Positions 29,491 through 39,993 of a stretch of DNA of 64,000 nt are shown here, piece after piece (position 1 is the first letter of the stretch; each line of letters begins with the position of its first letter). The DNA lies in assembly GCA_050952645.1 (NCBI GenBank), contig JBMNLI010000017.1, positions 320,001 through 384,000 of the forward strand, in the 5' to 3' direction. Under the pieces are notes generated by a model. The model did no database searches and was not told the DNA's origin. It worked only from the letters and a program-made list of their open reading frames with translations. The position numbers were made by a program, and so were the translations under genes. The stretch comes from Bdellovibrionota bacterium. GTDB taxonomy: Bacteria; Bdellovibrionota_C; UBA2361; CAKMMH01.

Positions 29491-29699
29491 TATTATCCTC
29501 CTAAAGGGAAATGAAATTAAGCTAGTATTAGTAAGCAATATTTTTGATATATTACTAATATTTATCACTAATATTCACACTAATATTAAAGCTAATTATC
29601 GAGTGAATAAAATAAAATAACTAAAGATTTTAGCTAGTTATATATAATTTATATATAAAAAACTTGTGCTAATATTTACTTTAATATTTAATTTAATAT

Positions 29700-30055
29700 T
29701 TATGTCAATGCACGTCTTATATTATATATCAAAACACGATAAAAAAACAACAAAATAAGTTATTTAAACTTGAAATATCCCCGCATAATATACTTTAATT
29801 ATAATTTTATCAAACTTAAATTATCGTGCATTGACATAAAGATTGTATCGTGAATTGAAAGAAAATCTAGCTAAAATTACATCTTATTGTGATCTCAAAT
29901 AAACAATCGTGTTTTGAAAGAAGTTAGATGCGTGATTTGAAATAAGTTTATTCGGGATTTGAAATAAGAATGTTAGTGAATTGAAATAACAAAAATCGTG
30001 AATTCAACATAAAAATAACGTGAATCGAAAGAAATTTTATAGTGAACTGAAATAA
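29700..30055. repeat. Iteron array 1 / putative plasmid-type replication origin
   Basis: CGTGANTTGAAA(T/G)AA-like units at 29825, 29849, 29888, 29908, 29931, 29953, 29975, 29997, 30019 and 30041 (about 22-bp period), plus inverted copies near 29700 and 29725. Lies between divergent parA and rep with AT-rich flanks. Confidence 0.85.
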
Positions 30056-30187
30056 ATAATCTTAATTAACCTATTGAATATATTGCAAAAAATTTTCGCT
30101 TACTAAATAACTAGTAAACTATAATAAACTTGATAAACTTACAAAAAGTTAGTATGTTTATTAAAGATTTAATTTATAATTTTTTTT

Positions 30188-31725
30188 ATGAAAGAAAAAA
30201 AGCAGACCTAAAACAATTACGATCTCTAGAGATGAAATGAACTTAGCAGAATTTCCATTAGCAGTTCTTTCAACGAGAGTTAATCCTAATATTAAAACTT
30301 TAGAGTTTCAGGATACCATATACACGAAAGATAAAAAACCTATTACTAGAAAATGGATAATAACTGGAGCAGATAAATTTGGACTTCCTACATCTTCAGA
30401 CGATGAGGTTTTAATGGACTTTTAAAACTTACTGCCGATCAAGATTTTAAAAGTCAAAAATAGAGTTTACTAGATATGAACTTTTGAAAGTTTTAAATTG
30501 GACGACTGAGGGAAGAAGCTACACAAGATTACAAAAATCGCTAGATAGGCTAAGTGGTGTAAAATAAAAGCGGCTAATGCATTTTTTGATAATAAAACTA
30601 AAGAGAACTGCACAAAGCTTTTTGGATAATCGATGCTTATGAAATAAACAGTGGGAGAGGAGATCAAACTCAACCTAGTTATTTTATTTGGGGAGAAACT
30701 ATTTTCGATTCATTTCAAAAAGGAAATATAAAAAGATTAGACTTAGATTTTTATTTAAGTTTTAAAAGTGCTATCTCAAAAAGATTGTATCGATATTTAG
30801 ATAAACATTTTTGGCAAACAAATAGAATAGAAATAGATTTATTTAGGTTAGCGTACGAAAAAATAGGGATTAGTAGAAATTTTAAGTATGCAAGTTCCTT
30901 AAAGCAACAATTAGAGCCTGCCATAATGGAATTGCAAGAAAAGAATTTTATAAAAAATTTGAGTTTACAGGAAAGGGGGCCCTTTTCGAAAGTTATATTT
31001 TACAAGACTGGCACTACACAAACTTGTTTAGGGCAGACTTGTTTAAGTGGGGGCTTCTTCAGCGTTAAACAATTTGCAATCTAACGATTCGCAATTGCAA
31101 GAGGTAGAGGCAAGAGTAATCGATATTACGCCTTATGATGCAAACTCTTTTGAGGGAGATAATTTAATTCGGATATAACGCAAAGGCTTCTTTTAAGGGG
31201 GATAAAAGAGGGGCAAATAAAAAAATTATTACGTGGCAAATCTCATAAAAATTTAGTAAAGATATCGAATATAATTTTATATTTTGATGATTTACTAGCT
31301 AGAAAGAGTGTCTTAGTAAGTAGGAGCCCAGTAGGGTTTTTATATAGAGCGGTTGAAAAGGAAGAGCAGTTTTATTTACCTAAAGAATATACTCAAGAGA
31401 AAGGGAAAAAGAAGAATCAAGAAACTAAAGAAAGCAAAAATATCAAGAAAACAAAAAGCGAAGATATTGAAAAATTAAAAAGCATATATCTTGCCGAAAG
31501 AAATAATCAAATAGAAGAAATTAGAACTGAGATGGAGAATAGTGTTTTACAGTCCATAGAAAAAGAGGGCTAGAGAATCTTTAAGTAATATGAAAGGGGG
31601 TTATATCTTCTAAGCATTTTGAAAAGGCTATAATTGACAAGGTAAATGATAAGATTGCTTCTCTTTTTGCATTAGCAGATTTTGATGAATGGCTTCAGGA
31701 AAGAAAAAGTGCAAAAGCGGTTTAG
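30188..31725 (+). pseudogene. repA: Plasmid-type replication initiator (replication initiator protein A-like), multiply frameshifted
   Basis: RDEMNLAEFPLAVLS, WIITGADKFGLPTSSDDEVL, LDLDFYL and RLYRYLDKHFW...LAYEKIG, as recalled for RPA-family initiators. Adjacent to iterons and parAB. Confidence 0.8.
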
Positions 31726-31882
31726 CATTTTTTTAAAAATCCCGATAAAAAATGTGATTGACATATAACTGTAAGTGATACAAAATGGTAAGTGTTTTTT
31801 TCTCGTGTAAAAATATAAAAAAAATTTTTAGTTTCAACTTAAAGGTATATGTTTTTAAAAAGATTTTTAAATTGGATAATTT

Positions 31883-32380
31883 ATGTCTGTTTATAAATTG
31901 AATAAAGATTTTACTGCTAAAGAAGTGCAAGCTATTTTAAGAAAACTATCTAAAGGAAAAGAGAAGATAGGTTTAGCGCTTCTTAATTACTATGCTAGGA
32001 CGGATTTAGTTGCGCCAACGGGGCAGGGGGTTATTAGGCAAAGAAGAAAGTATTCGCATTCAGATTTAATATTACTTTGTTGGCTTTTTAGAATGAAAGA
32101 TGAGGGGCTACCAGTCCATAGGTTTAGAAGTGGTATCGATTATTTAAGAAAAAAAATTCCTTCCTTATATGAGAATCCTAGAGATATGGTTTTATTAACC
32201 GATGGTAAAGAGCTTTTTATAAAGCATAGAATAGAGGACAAAGGTCAAATCGCTGAAGTCCTAACTGGCGAAAAAGCAGGTCAATACGTTTGGGCCTACG
32301 CTATAGGGTCGTTAATAGAGGAAGTAGAGCAGATTATAGAACAGCAGGCTAAGGAAGAGTTAGGGCAGAAGAAGGCTTAA
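31883..32380 (+). CDS. MerR-type HTH DNA-binding protein
   Basis: FTAKEV...LNYYARTDLVAP...RRKYSHSDL...MKDEGLP pattern. Confidence 0.75.
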   Translation: MSVYKLNKDFTAKEVQAILRKLSKGKEKIGLALLNYYARTDLVAPTGQGVIRQRRKYSHSDLILLCWLFRMKDEGLPVHRFRSGIDYLRKKIPSLYENPRDMVLLTDGKELFIKHRIEDKGQIAEVLTGEKAGQYVWAYAIGSLIEEVEQIIEQQAKEELGQKKA

Positions 32381-32787
32381 GGGAAAACACTGCGAGCGAA
32401 TGGAGCAGGGTTTTCCCTTGGGCCTTTCAAATTGGTTAATAGAGGAAGTAGAGCAGATTATAGAGCAGCAGGCTAAGGAAGAGTTAGGGCAGAAGAAGGC
32501 TTAAGGGAAAACACTGCGAGCGAATGGAGCAGGGTTTTCCCTTGGGTCTTTTCAAATTGGTTAATAGAGAGTAGAGCAGATTATAGAAGAGCAGGCTAAA
32601 GAAGAGTTAGGGCAGAAGAAGGCTTAAGGGAAAAGCCTGCGAGCGAAGGGAGTAGGGTTTTCCCTTGGGCGTTTCAAATTGGTTAATAGTAGAGTAGAGC
32701 AGATTATAAAAGAGCAGGCTAAGGAAGAGTTAGGGCAGAAGAAGGCTTAAGGGAAAAGCCTGCGAGCGAAGGGAGTAGGGTTTTCCT
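32311..32787 (+). repeat. About 124-bp tandem repeat x4 (gene 3' end plus hairpin)
   Basis: GTTAATAG...GCAGAAGAAGGCTTAAGGGAAAA...GGTTTTCC starts at 32311, 32435, 32560 and 32682. Confidence 0.95.
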
Positions 32788-32956
32788 GATGATTTTATTT
32801 TTCCTGTTTCTTAAGGTTCAAGCAATGAAACAACTTGGAAATTCTGTAGCTATTCGAGCAGTAGAAGCCGTTGCTAATAATATAATCGATTATTTAGATA
32901 AATGTGTAAATTGTTATGAGAGTGAACAGAGTTTTCGTAAGGTCGTAAATGGGTAA
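32779..32956 (+). pseudogene. C-terminal remnant of a DNA (cytosine-5)-methyltransferase
   Basis: GFPDDFIFPVS (frameshift) KVQAMKQLGNSVAIRAVEAVANNI corresponds to the end of motif IX and motif X of C5-MTases. Confidence 0.8.
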
Positions 32957-32961
32957 AAATT

Positions 32962-33501
32962 CTAATACACTAAATTCTGGGGAATGGGCGGAGCTTTACG
33001 TATTTTTACAATTCTTTTTAAACCATTTTTTAAAAAACTTTTCTTTAATTGGCTAATTTTGTCTACAAATAGAATTCCATTTAAATGATCTATTTCATGT
33101 TGCAAGCATATAGCAAAAAGTTTAGTCGCATTTATAACTTTTTCTTCTCCACTTAAGTCTTGATATTTAACCGTTATATTTTCGCTTCTTTTTACAATCT
33201 CGCGATACTGTGGGACGCTTAAACAGCCCTCCTCAAAAGTTATAGTTCCAGATTTTTCTATTATTTCAGGATTTATAAAAACAAAAGGCTCTCTTTTTCC
33301 ATCTTCTTGTAAATCTATTACGATTACTCGTTTAAGAATTCCAACTTGAGGAGCAGCTAGTCCTATACCATTATTTTCATACATCGTTTTTAACATATCT
33401 TCAGTAAACTTTTTAAGGTCATTAGAAAAATCTACTACGGTTTCCGAAATTTCATTTAATAAAGGGTCTGGGTATGTATACAATTTTAAAGTTTTCGCCA
33501 T
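32962..33501 (-). CDS. def: Peptide deformylase
   Basis: GIGLAAPQ, EGCLS and QHEIDHLNG motifs. Confidence 0.97.
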   Translation of the reverse strand: MAKTLKLYTYPDPLLNEISETVVDFSNDLKKFTEDMLKTMYENNGIGLAAPQVGILKRVIVIDLQEDGKREPFVFINPEIIEKSGTITFEEGCLSVPQYREIVKRSENITVKYQDLSGEEKVINATKLFAICLQHEIDHLNGILFVDKISQLKKSFLKNGLKRIVKIRKAPPIPQNLVY

Positions 33502-33665
33502 TTTAAAAATTTAATTTCCTTTTTTATAATTTACTTAACAAACAAATACATTATACTATAACTTTACGAGTTTATAAATAAAATTTTTGTTAATTTAAAT
33601 AGTTCTTTTAAAACTTTAAATTGCAAGCCTAAAAGATTATGAGCAATAAGATTATGAGTAATTAG

Positions 33666-34700
33666 ATGAGTAATAGTAGAAAATTTATTCTTATTTCTGT
33701 TTTAATTTATATTTTAATAATAGTCGTTTTTTTTATATTAAAAAACTTAAGTCCTTTCGATACATCTATCACAATTTCAATACTTCAATACGCTCTAGCC
33801 TTTTTGCTTTTAATATTCTTAAATAGTAGTTATATAAAAAAGAAAGAAATTTTTTCAAAGTTTGCACTAAGGCTAATAACGGTAGTTTTATGCGTATTTT
33901 TACTGACAGAGTTCTATTTTACAAACTTTATCGACACAAAAATTGTTCAAGCCCGTTTTTTAAATGATTCTTTTGAGATAAAATCTAGAGTTCTAAGAGA
34001 AGCCATCAATCAAAGGATTTCAGATAGCACTTTAAGAGTAAAGAGATACCCATTTTTTATAGAAAAAAATAATATTTCAGATTGGCTTAAAAAAAATGGC
34101 AAAGAAATTTTAATATGGGGCGATGATAAGTTTGTTAATCTTTCCTTTAGAAAAAAAAATAACTTTAGCTTAGGTCTCTTAAATATAGATTACCAAAATA
34201 GCGATTTAATTATAATAGAAGATGTGCAAAATGTAAGAATTCCTTACGAGCCCGTAAAAGCTACAGTAGCGTATATAACTAATATTTTATATAAATTAAA
34301 AAATGATAATTTTAAGTTAAAGCTAGTAGGGAAACAAAAATTTAAATGGCAAAATAATTCTCATACGGCTTACCCTTTACTTCTCTTAGGAAACCATTAT
34401 TTAAAAGATTACATAAAAAGTAATAACAAATATTATTTAAGGCATGCTATAAAGCATTATGAAAAAGCCTTAAGTTTTATAAGAGTAAAAGATAATGAGC
34501 AAATATATTTTGCATTAGTAAATAATTTAATGGTTAGTTACTACGTAAAATATTTAAATACTGCGAAAATAAAACATAAAAAGACCGCCAATGCTTTATT
34601 TAAGAAAAATTTTTTTATAGACCAAAATATAAAATCTAATATTCCAATCGATATGAGACTTATCTTTATAGAAAATAAGCTTCTAATAAACTCACTATAA
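33666..34700 (+). CDS. Hypothetical membrane-anchored protein with a TPR-like C-terminal part
   Basis: Three N-terminal TM segments and LLLGNHY...AIKHYEKAL. Confidence 0.65.
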   Translation: MSNSRKFILISVLIYILIIVVFFILKNLSPFDTSITISILQYALAFLLLIFLNSSYIKKKEIFSKFALRLITVVLCVFLLTEFYFTNFIDTKIVQARFLNDSFEIKSRVLREAINQRISDSTLRVKRYPFFIEKNNISDWLKKNGKEILIWGDDKFVNLSFRKKNNFSLGLLNIDYQNSDLIIIEDVQNVRIPYEPVKATVAYITNILYKLKNDNFKLKLVGKQKFKWQNNSHTAYPLLLLGNHYLKDYIKSNNKYYLRHAIKHYEKALSFIRVKDNEQIYFALVNNLMVSYYVKYLNTAKIKHKKTANALFKKNFFIDQNIKSNIPIDMRLIFIENKLLINSL

Positions 34701-34839
34701 AATAAGCTAGCTATAATAACGAGATTGTTTTAAAAATATATCATAGCACTTTAACAATTGACGTTTAAAAGCTCCCACAAAAAACATCGCTCTAAAAAGT
34801 GCTATGAAATATGGAAATAGGGAAGTGTAGTATAGGAAT

Positions 34840-36399
34840 TTATAAGTAATCGCCAGAGGTAATTTTTATTAGTTCTTTTAGTATGTCCTTAGCGATTTTA
34901 ATAGTAGAAAGAGAAATAGTATTATTGTTTGGGTCTGTAAAAGAGGCGTAAATTACGCCAGTGCAATAATTACGAATACCAATTGGCACTGCTAAGCAAG
35001 AGGTGTCCTTAGGCAATATTAAAGTTCCATAAGTCGTGATTTGACCATTAAAATAACACTTAGAAGCAACATTAGGCGACGTTATATTGATAGGAATAGT
35101 AATATCCGCAGGGTTGATATCAGCTACATTATCTCCTATAATCGCATGCCCTTGAAACTTAGTTTTATCTGCATTAGCTACCAGTAGTAAAGCTCTTTCA
35201 AAGTTAAGACTAAATACTAAAGTTTCCATAATTTTAGTTATTATTGAAGTAATCGGTTCATCGCTATGAATGCTTTCATCGATTTGTTTTAAATAATCAT
35301 CAACGGTTAAGTCGTTTAAATCATTATTAGTTAAATCATTATTAGTTGAATCATTATTAGTTAATTTATTATTAGTTAAATCTGCAATAGTTAAATTATC
35401 AATAGTTAAAATTGATGTAGGCTGAGGCGTTAAATTTATATTTAAATCTTCTTTGGTGCTAATTTTTGGTAGCTTAGTATTTATTTTAGGTAAATCGATT
35501 TTCATAGAACTACAATACTCAGGAAATTCTTTTGTAAATATTTTAAAAGAGTTTTGAAGAGTATTTTCTGGTATTTCATATTTTTTAGAAACATTTTTAA
35601 TGATAGTCTCGAAATTATCGTCTAGAGGTTGTCCCATAATGGTGCTAGATATATCTTGCGCTGCAAGTAAGTTTTTAATCAATTTTTGTTCTCCACCTAA
35701 AGCCTTTAAACTAAGAGTATTGTTTTTAAAGTTCATAGCCACGGTTATCGAAGAAGTGTAAATTGCTGGGATTTTTAAAGAGTCGAGTACTTCTAAACTT
35801 ATCTCTAGAGGCTCAAAGCCTGTTAGTTCTTTTATCGCATCATCTAATGGGATATTTAAATTTAAGCTTTTTTGCAAAGCGTTTTCAAAAAGCTTTGGAA
35901 AGTAATAAGCAGTTAACATTAAGCCTAGCTCTGAAAAAGTGCCAAGAAGATAGCCAGTTTCTTCATCTTTAGATTTACTTCTTACATTTGCCGAGTTTAA
36001 AATGCTAGTAAAAAGCGATGTGGTGATAAGCTTTTCTAATGTCAAAGCAAAGTTTTCGTTTTTTTTGCTTTCTGGTAAAAATTTTTGTATTAGCGTAAAA
36101 CTTGAGCAAAGCTCGGCGAGTTGTTTAAGTCCCATGTGGATAATAGCTTGGCTAATGGTAGTTATAGGAACGCCACGCTGGAAAAAAGCGCTATTTACGA
36201 AATTTAAAATTTTAGTAGAAAGAGTTGGGTCTTTTAAAATGTATTCAGTTAATTTACTAGATGGTGCGTTAGGATTGTTAGTCAACCCGACAAGCTCGTT
36301 TATAGTTTTAGTGCAAGCTGGAAAGTCTCCGCTAGTTTGGAGTGCTTTTTTTAATTTCTCTATAAATTGGTATTTAGTGATACTTAAATTATCTTCCAT
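34840..36399 (-). CDS. HDOD domain protein with a C-terminal GAF-like domain
   Basis: ILKDPTLSTKILNFVNSAFF...ITTISQAIIHMG; C-terminal FERALLL...CLAVPI...GVIYA. Confidence 0.88.
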   Translation of the reverse strand: MEDNLSITKYQFIEKLKKALQTSGDFPACTKTINELVGLTNNPNAPSSKLTEYILKDPTLSTKILNFVNSAFFQRGVPITTISQAIIHMGLKQLAELCSSFTLIQKFLPESKKNENFALTLEKLITTSLFTSILNSANVRSKSKDEETGYLLGTFSELGLMLTAYYFPKLFENALQKSLNLNIPLDDAIKELTGFEPLEISLEVLDSLKIPAIYTSSITVAMNFKNNTLSLKALGGEQKLIKNLLAAQDISSTIMGQPLDDNFETIIKNVSKKYEIPENTLQNSFKIFTKEFPEYCSSMKIDLPKINTKLPKISTKEDLNINLTPQPTSILTIDNLTIADLTNNKLTNNDSTNNDLTNNDLNDLTVDDYLKQIDESIHSDEPITSIITKIMETLVFSLNFERALLLVANADKTKFQGHAIIGDNVADINPADITIPINITSPNVASKCYFNGQITTYGTLILPKDTSCLAVPIGIRNYCTGVIYASFTDPNNNTISLSTIKIAKDILKELIKITSGDYL

Positions 36400-36411
36400 T
36401 TATTTTTATTT

Positions 36412-36744
36412 TTAATTTACTAATTTAATTTTATTGTCAGCTATAACCTCTAGCTTGTTTTGAACTTGTTTTAAGATTTTGAAATTAGTAGTTTCTAGTA
36501 AAACTTGGTATCTTTCTTTTAAATTATCATACTCTTTTTGGAGAAACATTCTGTCTGATAGCGTTAAATTTTTTCTACTTAAGTTTACGATAATCTCTTT
36601 CATGTAGCTAATTAGTAGCTTTAACTCTTGAATATTTTTAGCACAAGCGTTATGTTCTTTCATATCATTGAGTAAGCCTAGCCTTTCTAGTGCGTTTCTA
36701 AACTCAGGATTTCTTAAATCGTATTTTGGTAATTTACTACTCAT
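36412..36744 (-). CDS. Hypothetical coiled-coil protein
   Basis: 110-aa ORF, co-oriented, 12 bp upstream of the HDOD gene. Confidence 0.65.
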   Translation of the reverse strand: MSSKLPKYDLRNPEFRNALERLGLLNDMKEHNACAKNIQELKLLISYMKEIIVNLSRKNLTLSDRMFLQKEYDNLKERYQVLLETTNFKILKQVQNKLEVIADNKIKLVN

Positions 36745-37163
36745 AATTTAACCTTAAATATACTTAGCCTTAAAAAAATATAAACCTTAAAAATTAACTC
36801 TTTTTTAAACTTTTTTTAAACTTTTTATAATATTTGTAATAATTTCTACTTTTATATTCGATGTTATTTTTTTACTAATAGTTTCTTTTTAAGTATTTAT
36901 TTTTCTTATAAAAAAACTCTATTTTAGAAAGGTTAAATGAAAAACATGCTAGAAATCAAATAGTGGTATAAATGCAAGTAAAAAACCTTTAAAAATTTAA
37001 AAAAAATTAAGAAAGGCGTTAATGAAAAAAATTAAAGTTTCCGACATATAAAATTGTGAATAAATTTTGATACTATTTTTTTTAAGTTAGCATCAAAACT
37101 AAAAGAGAATAAATTTATTCTTTATTTTTAAATATAATTTTTTATATAAAGGAGATCGTAATT

Positions 37164-37544
37164 ATGAAACAGAAAGGTTTTACGCTAATTGAGCTATTAG
37201 TAGTAGTTGCTATTATCGGTATCTTAGCAGCAATCGCAATCCCTCAATTTGCAGAATATCGTGCTAGAGGTTTTGACTCTCGTGCTAAAAGTGATTTAAG
37301 AAATGTTGCTACAGCTGAAGAAGCTTACTTTGTAGATAATGAAAAATATGTTTCTTGTTCTCAAGATGATTGTCATACAATATTACCAGGAATTAAATCA
37401 CTATCTTCAGGAGTAACTTTAACAATTACTGCTAGTTCAGACGGAAAAACTTTTACAGGAACTGCTACTCACGATAAAGGAACTGGCGTTACTTGTAATT
37501 GGGATAGCGATGCTGGTGGCTTAACTGGTTGCACAAAATCATAA
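37164..37544 (+). CDS. pilA: Type IVa major pilin
   Basis: MKQKG|FTLIELLVVVAIIGILAAIAIPQF, C-terminal Cys pair, strong RBS AAAGGAG, monocistronic with terminator. Confidence 0.92.
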   Translation: MKQKGFTLIELLVVVAIIGILAAIAIPQFAEYRARGFDSRAKSDLRNVATAEEAYFVDNEKYVSCSQDDCHTILPGIKSLSSGVTLTITASSDGKTFTGTATHDKGTGVTCNWDSDAGGLTGCTKS

Positions 37545-37601
37545 TAATAACTTTTAAAAAAGTTTTTAAAATAATTAAACTTTTTTAGTTATTTAATTTA
37601 T

Positions 37602-37651
37602 AAGCTAAAGTGTAGTGTATAAGTTATATAATTACGCTTTAGCTTTTTTTA
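37602..37651 (+). terminator. Intrinsic terminator of pilA
   Basis: AAGCTAAAGTGTA...TACGCTTTAGCTT plus T run. Confidence 0.75.
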
Positions 37652-37847
37652 TTTCTTCTTTATCTCTTCTATTTTATCTTTTTTATTTAATTTCTTCTAT
37701 TTAATTTCTTCTATTTATTCCCTTATCTTTATTTTTTAAATTATTTTTTAAATTATTTTTCTATATATTCCTATATATTTTAAAAGAGTTATGCTTTATT
37801 ATGTTAGAATATATTTTGTCTACTTTTTTTGGGGAGTTTGATATTTT

Positions 37848-38378
37848 ATGTTAAAACGTAAAAGTGCAAATAGTTTCTTGTTTTTTATAACGCTATGTTT
37901 AGCGCAAATATTTTTTACTGAAAATGCCTTTGCTAAAAAGCAAACTTTAGGTCTTATTGAAAAAGCCTTGATACTACCTGAAAATTTAGTAGTCGATGCA
38001 AAGTTAGATACTGGGGCCGATTCTTGTTCTTTACACGCTGATGACATAAAAGAGTTTGAAAAAGAAGGAAAGAAATTCGTTAAATTTACCATAGTCGATA
38101 GATATGGAAAAAAAAGAACAGTAATTAAAGAGATAGTTAGGCACGTTAGGATAAAAAGATTAAATAATAAATCGCAAATTAGAAAAATGATAAATATCGG
38201 TTTATGTCTAGGCGATGTTTATAAGATAGCAGAGGTGTCCTTAGTAGATAGAGGTGCTTTTAATTATGAAATGCTTATAGGCAGAAGATACTTATCTGGT
38301 GATTTTATAGTAGACCCTGCGATAACGTATACGGTAGACCCTAATTGTAATATAGAAAAAGAAGAAAAGAGTAATTAA
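37848..38378 (+). CDS. RimK-associated putative protease (retropepsin-like, 'ATP-dependent zinc protease' family)
   Basis: Signal peptide, AKLDTGA, SLHA, SLVDR and MLIGRRYL. Confidence 0.9.
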   Translation: MLKRKSANSFLFFITLCLAQIFFTENAFAKKQTLGLIEKALILPENLVVDAKLDTGADSCSLHADDIKEFEKEGKKFVKFTIVDRYGKKRTVIKEIVRHVRIKRLNNKSQIRKMINIGLCLGDVYKIAEVSLVDRGAFNYEMLIGRRYLSGDFIVDPAITYTVDPNCNIEKEEKSN

Positions 38379-38424
38379 AAAAAGTAAGTATTTTAGAGAA
38401 ATATAAAATCAGGAATATAAAAGA

Positions 38425-39957
38425 ATGAAAATGAATGCATATCAACATTATAAAATAGCGCTTATTATATTTATTCCAAGCTTCTTATTTTTTTTATATA
38501 AGGTTATTTTTTTAAAATTTCCATTAGTGCCGAATAAAGATGCCGTATCTTATACGATAGAAGCTAGATTATCTTTTAAGCCTCGATATAAAACTCCAAT
38601 AAGAATAAAAATGTATCTACCACAGTCTAAAGATTCCTTTGTAATAGTAGATGAAAACTTTCTTAAAAAAGGGGCTTACGGGGAGGCTATAAATAAAGTA
38701 GGGGATAATAGGATGATAAACTGGACTAAGAGCGAAGCTAGCGGAGAGCAATATTTTTTTTACCGCGCCGTAGTTCAAGAAAGTTCTTCTTATTCAGATA
38801 GTAAAGAAATAAAAAAGCCGTCTTTTGCTGTAAACGAGTTTATAGGCTCTCAAGTTTTAGCTGCTAATGCCTTAATAGAACATGCGAAAGCTCGCTCGGC
38901 AGACGAAGAGTCTTTTATTTATGAGCTAATAAAAGTAATTTTAGGAAACTCTTATGAGCAAGAGTTAAACCATCTTTTAGAGGGCGACCATTCAGAGTTA
39001 AAAAAAGTAGAACTTGCAGTTTCGCTTCTTAATATGGTAAAAATCCCAGCAAGGGTAGTCCATGGGGTAGAGTTAAAATCTGAGGCTCGTGATGTGAAAT
39101 TACAGCATTGGTTTGAGGTATTTAGTAAAAATAGAGTTTCTAATTATCGTATGAATAGTAAAGAGTATAAAGTGCCTTACAATTATTTTCCTTGGTATAG
39201 GGGTAAAAACTCGTTAGCATATATTTCAGGTGGAACTAATATGCATATAAGTATTTCGATAAGAAAAAATGTAGAAAGTGAAATTTCTAATGTAGTATCT
39301 GAAGAGAGAATAAAGCGTCCGACGTTATATAAGTTTTCATTATTTAATTTGCCATTAGATATGCAACGTGTGTTTCAAATTTTACTATTATTTCCATTAG
39401 GTGCGATAGTGGTGGTGATTATGAGAAATATAGTAGGATTAAATAGTTTAGGAACGTTCATTCCAGTGCTTATAGCTATATCATTTAGGGAAACTAGGCT
39501 TATAAATGGAATACTTTTATTTTCTGTAATCATATTTTTTGGCTTATCGGTTAGATTCTTTTTAGATAGGTTAAAATTATTATTAGTCCCAAGGCTAACG
39601 GTTGTATTATCTAGCATTATAGTTTTTATTTTATTAACTAGCATGCTGATGCATAATTTAGGTTATGAAAGAAATGTATCGGTAGCATTATTTCCTATAA
39701 TTATTTTAACCATGGTTATTGAAAGACTATCTATTATTTGGGAAGAGCAAGGGTCTACAAAAGCTATCAAGCTTTGCATTTCTACGCTACTTATTGCTAC
39801 GGTTATATACGTAATTATCACAAACCCAATAGCATCGCATTTAGTATTCGTTTTCCCAGAACTTTCGCTATGCTTTATAGCTATCGCATTAAGTTTAGGG
39901 CGCTACACTGGATATAGGCTTTCAGAGTGTTTTAGGTTTGCAAGTTTATTAGATTAA
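38425..39957 (+). CDS. Inactive transglutaminase-like domain plus 7TM membrane protein
   Basis: IPARVVHG...HWFEV, RNIVGL..LGTFIPVLIA, LFPIIILTMVIER, GRYTGYRLSE. Lies between the protease and ATP-grasp genes. Confidence 0.9.
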   Translation: MKMNAYQHYKIALIIFIPSFLFFLYKVIFLKFPLVPNKDAVSYTIEARLSFKPRYKTPIRIKMYLPQSKDSFVIVDENFLKKGAYGEAINKVGDNRMINWTKSEASGEQYFFYRAVVQESSSYSDSKEIKKPSFAVNEFIGSQVLAANALIEHAKARSADEESFIYELIKVILGNSYEQELNHLLEGDHSELKKVELAVSLLNMVKIPARVVHGVELKSEARDVKLQHWFEVFSKNRVSNYRMNSKEYKVPYNYFPWYRGKNSLAYISGGTNMHISISIRKNVESEISNVVSEERIKRPTLYKFSLFNLPLDMQRVFQILLLFPLGAIVVVIMRNIVGLNSLGTFIPVLIAISFRETRLINGILLFSVIIFFGLSVRFFLDRLKLLLVPRLTVVLSSIIVFILLTSMLMHNLGYERNVSVALFPIIILTMVIERLSIIWEEQGSTKAIKLCISTLLIATVIYVIITNPIASHLVFVFPELSLCFIAIALSLGRYTGYRLSECFRFASLLD

Positions 39958-39993
39958 GATTTAAGATATAGTAAGAATGTAGAGTTTAAATAG

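Noticed and set aside
29700..30055. CRISPR-like short repeats
   Set aside because: Repeats are about 15 bp and degenerate with about 7-bp gaps. Their position between rep and parA fits iterons.
30470..30673. Minus-strand 67-aa ORF and separate short plus-strand ORFs in 30.2-31.1 kb
   Set aside because: The plus-strand pieces are fragments of one frameshifted rep gene, and the minus ORF is its shadow.
32311..32787. CRISPR array or integron attC array
   Set aside because: The units are near-identical along their whole about 124 bp with no unique spacers or cassettes. No cas or integrase genes are present, and the unit is a gene 3' end.
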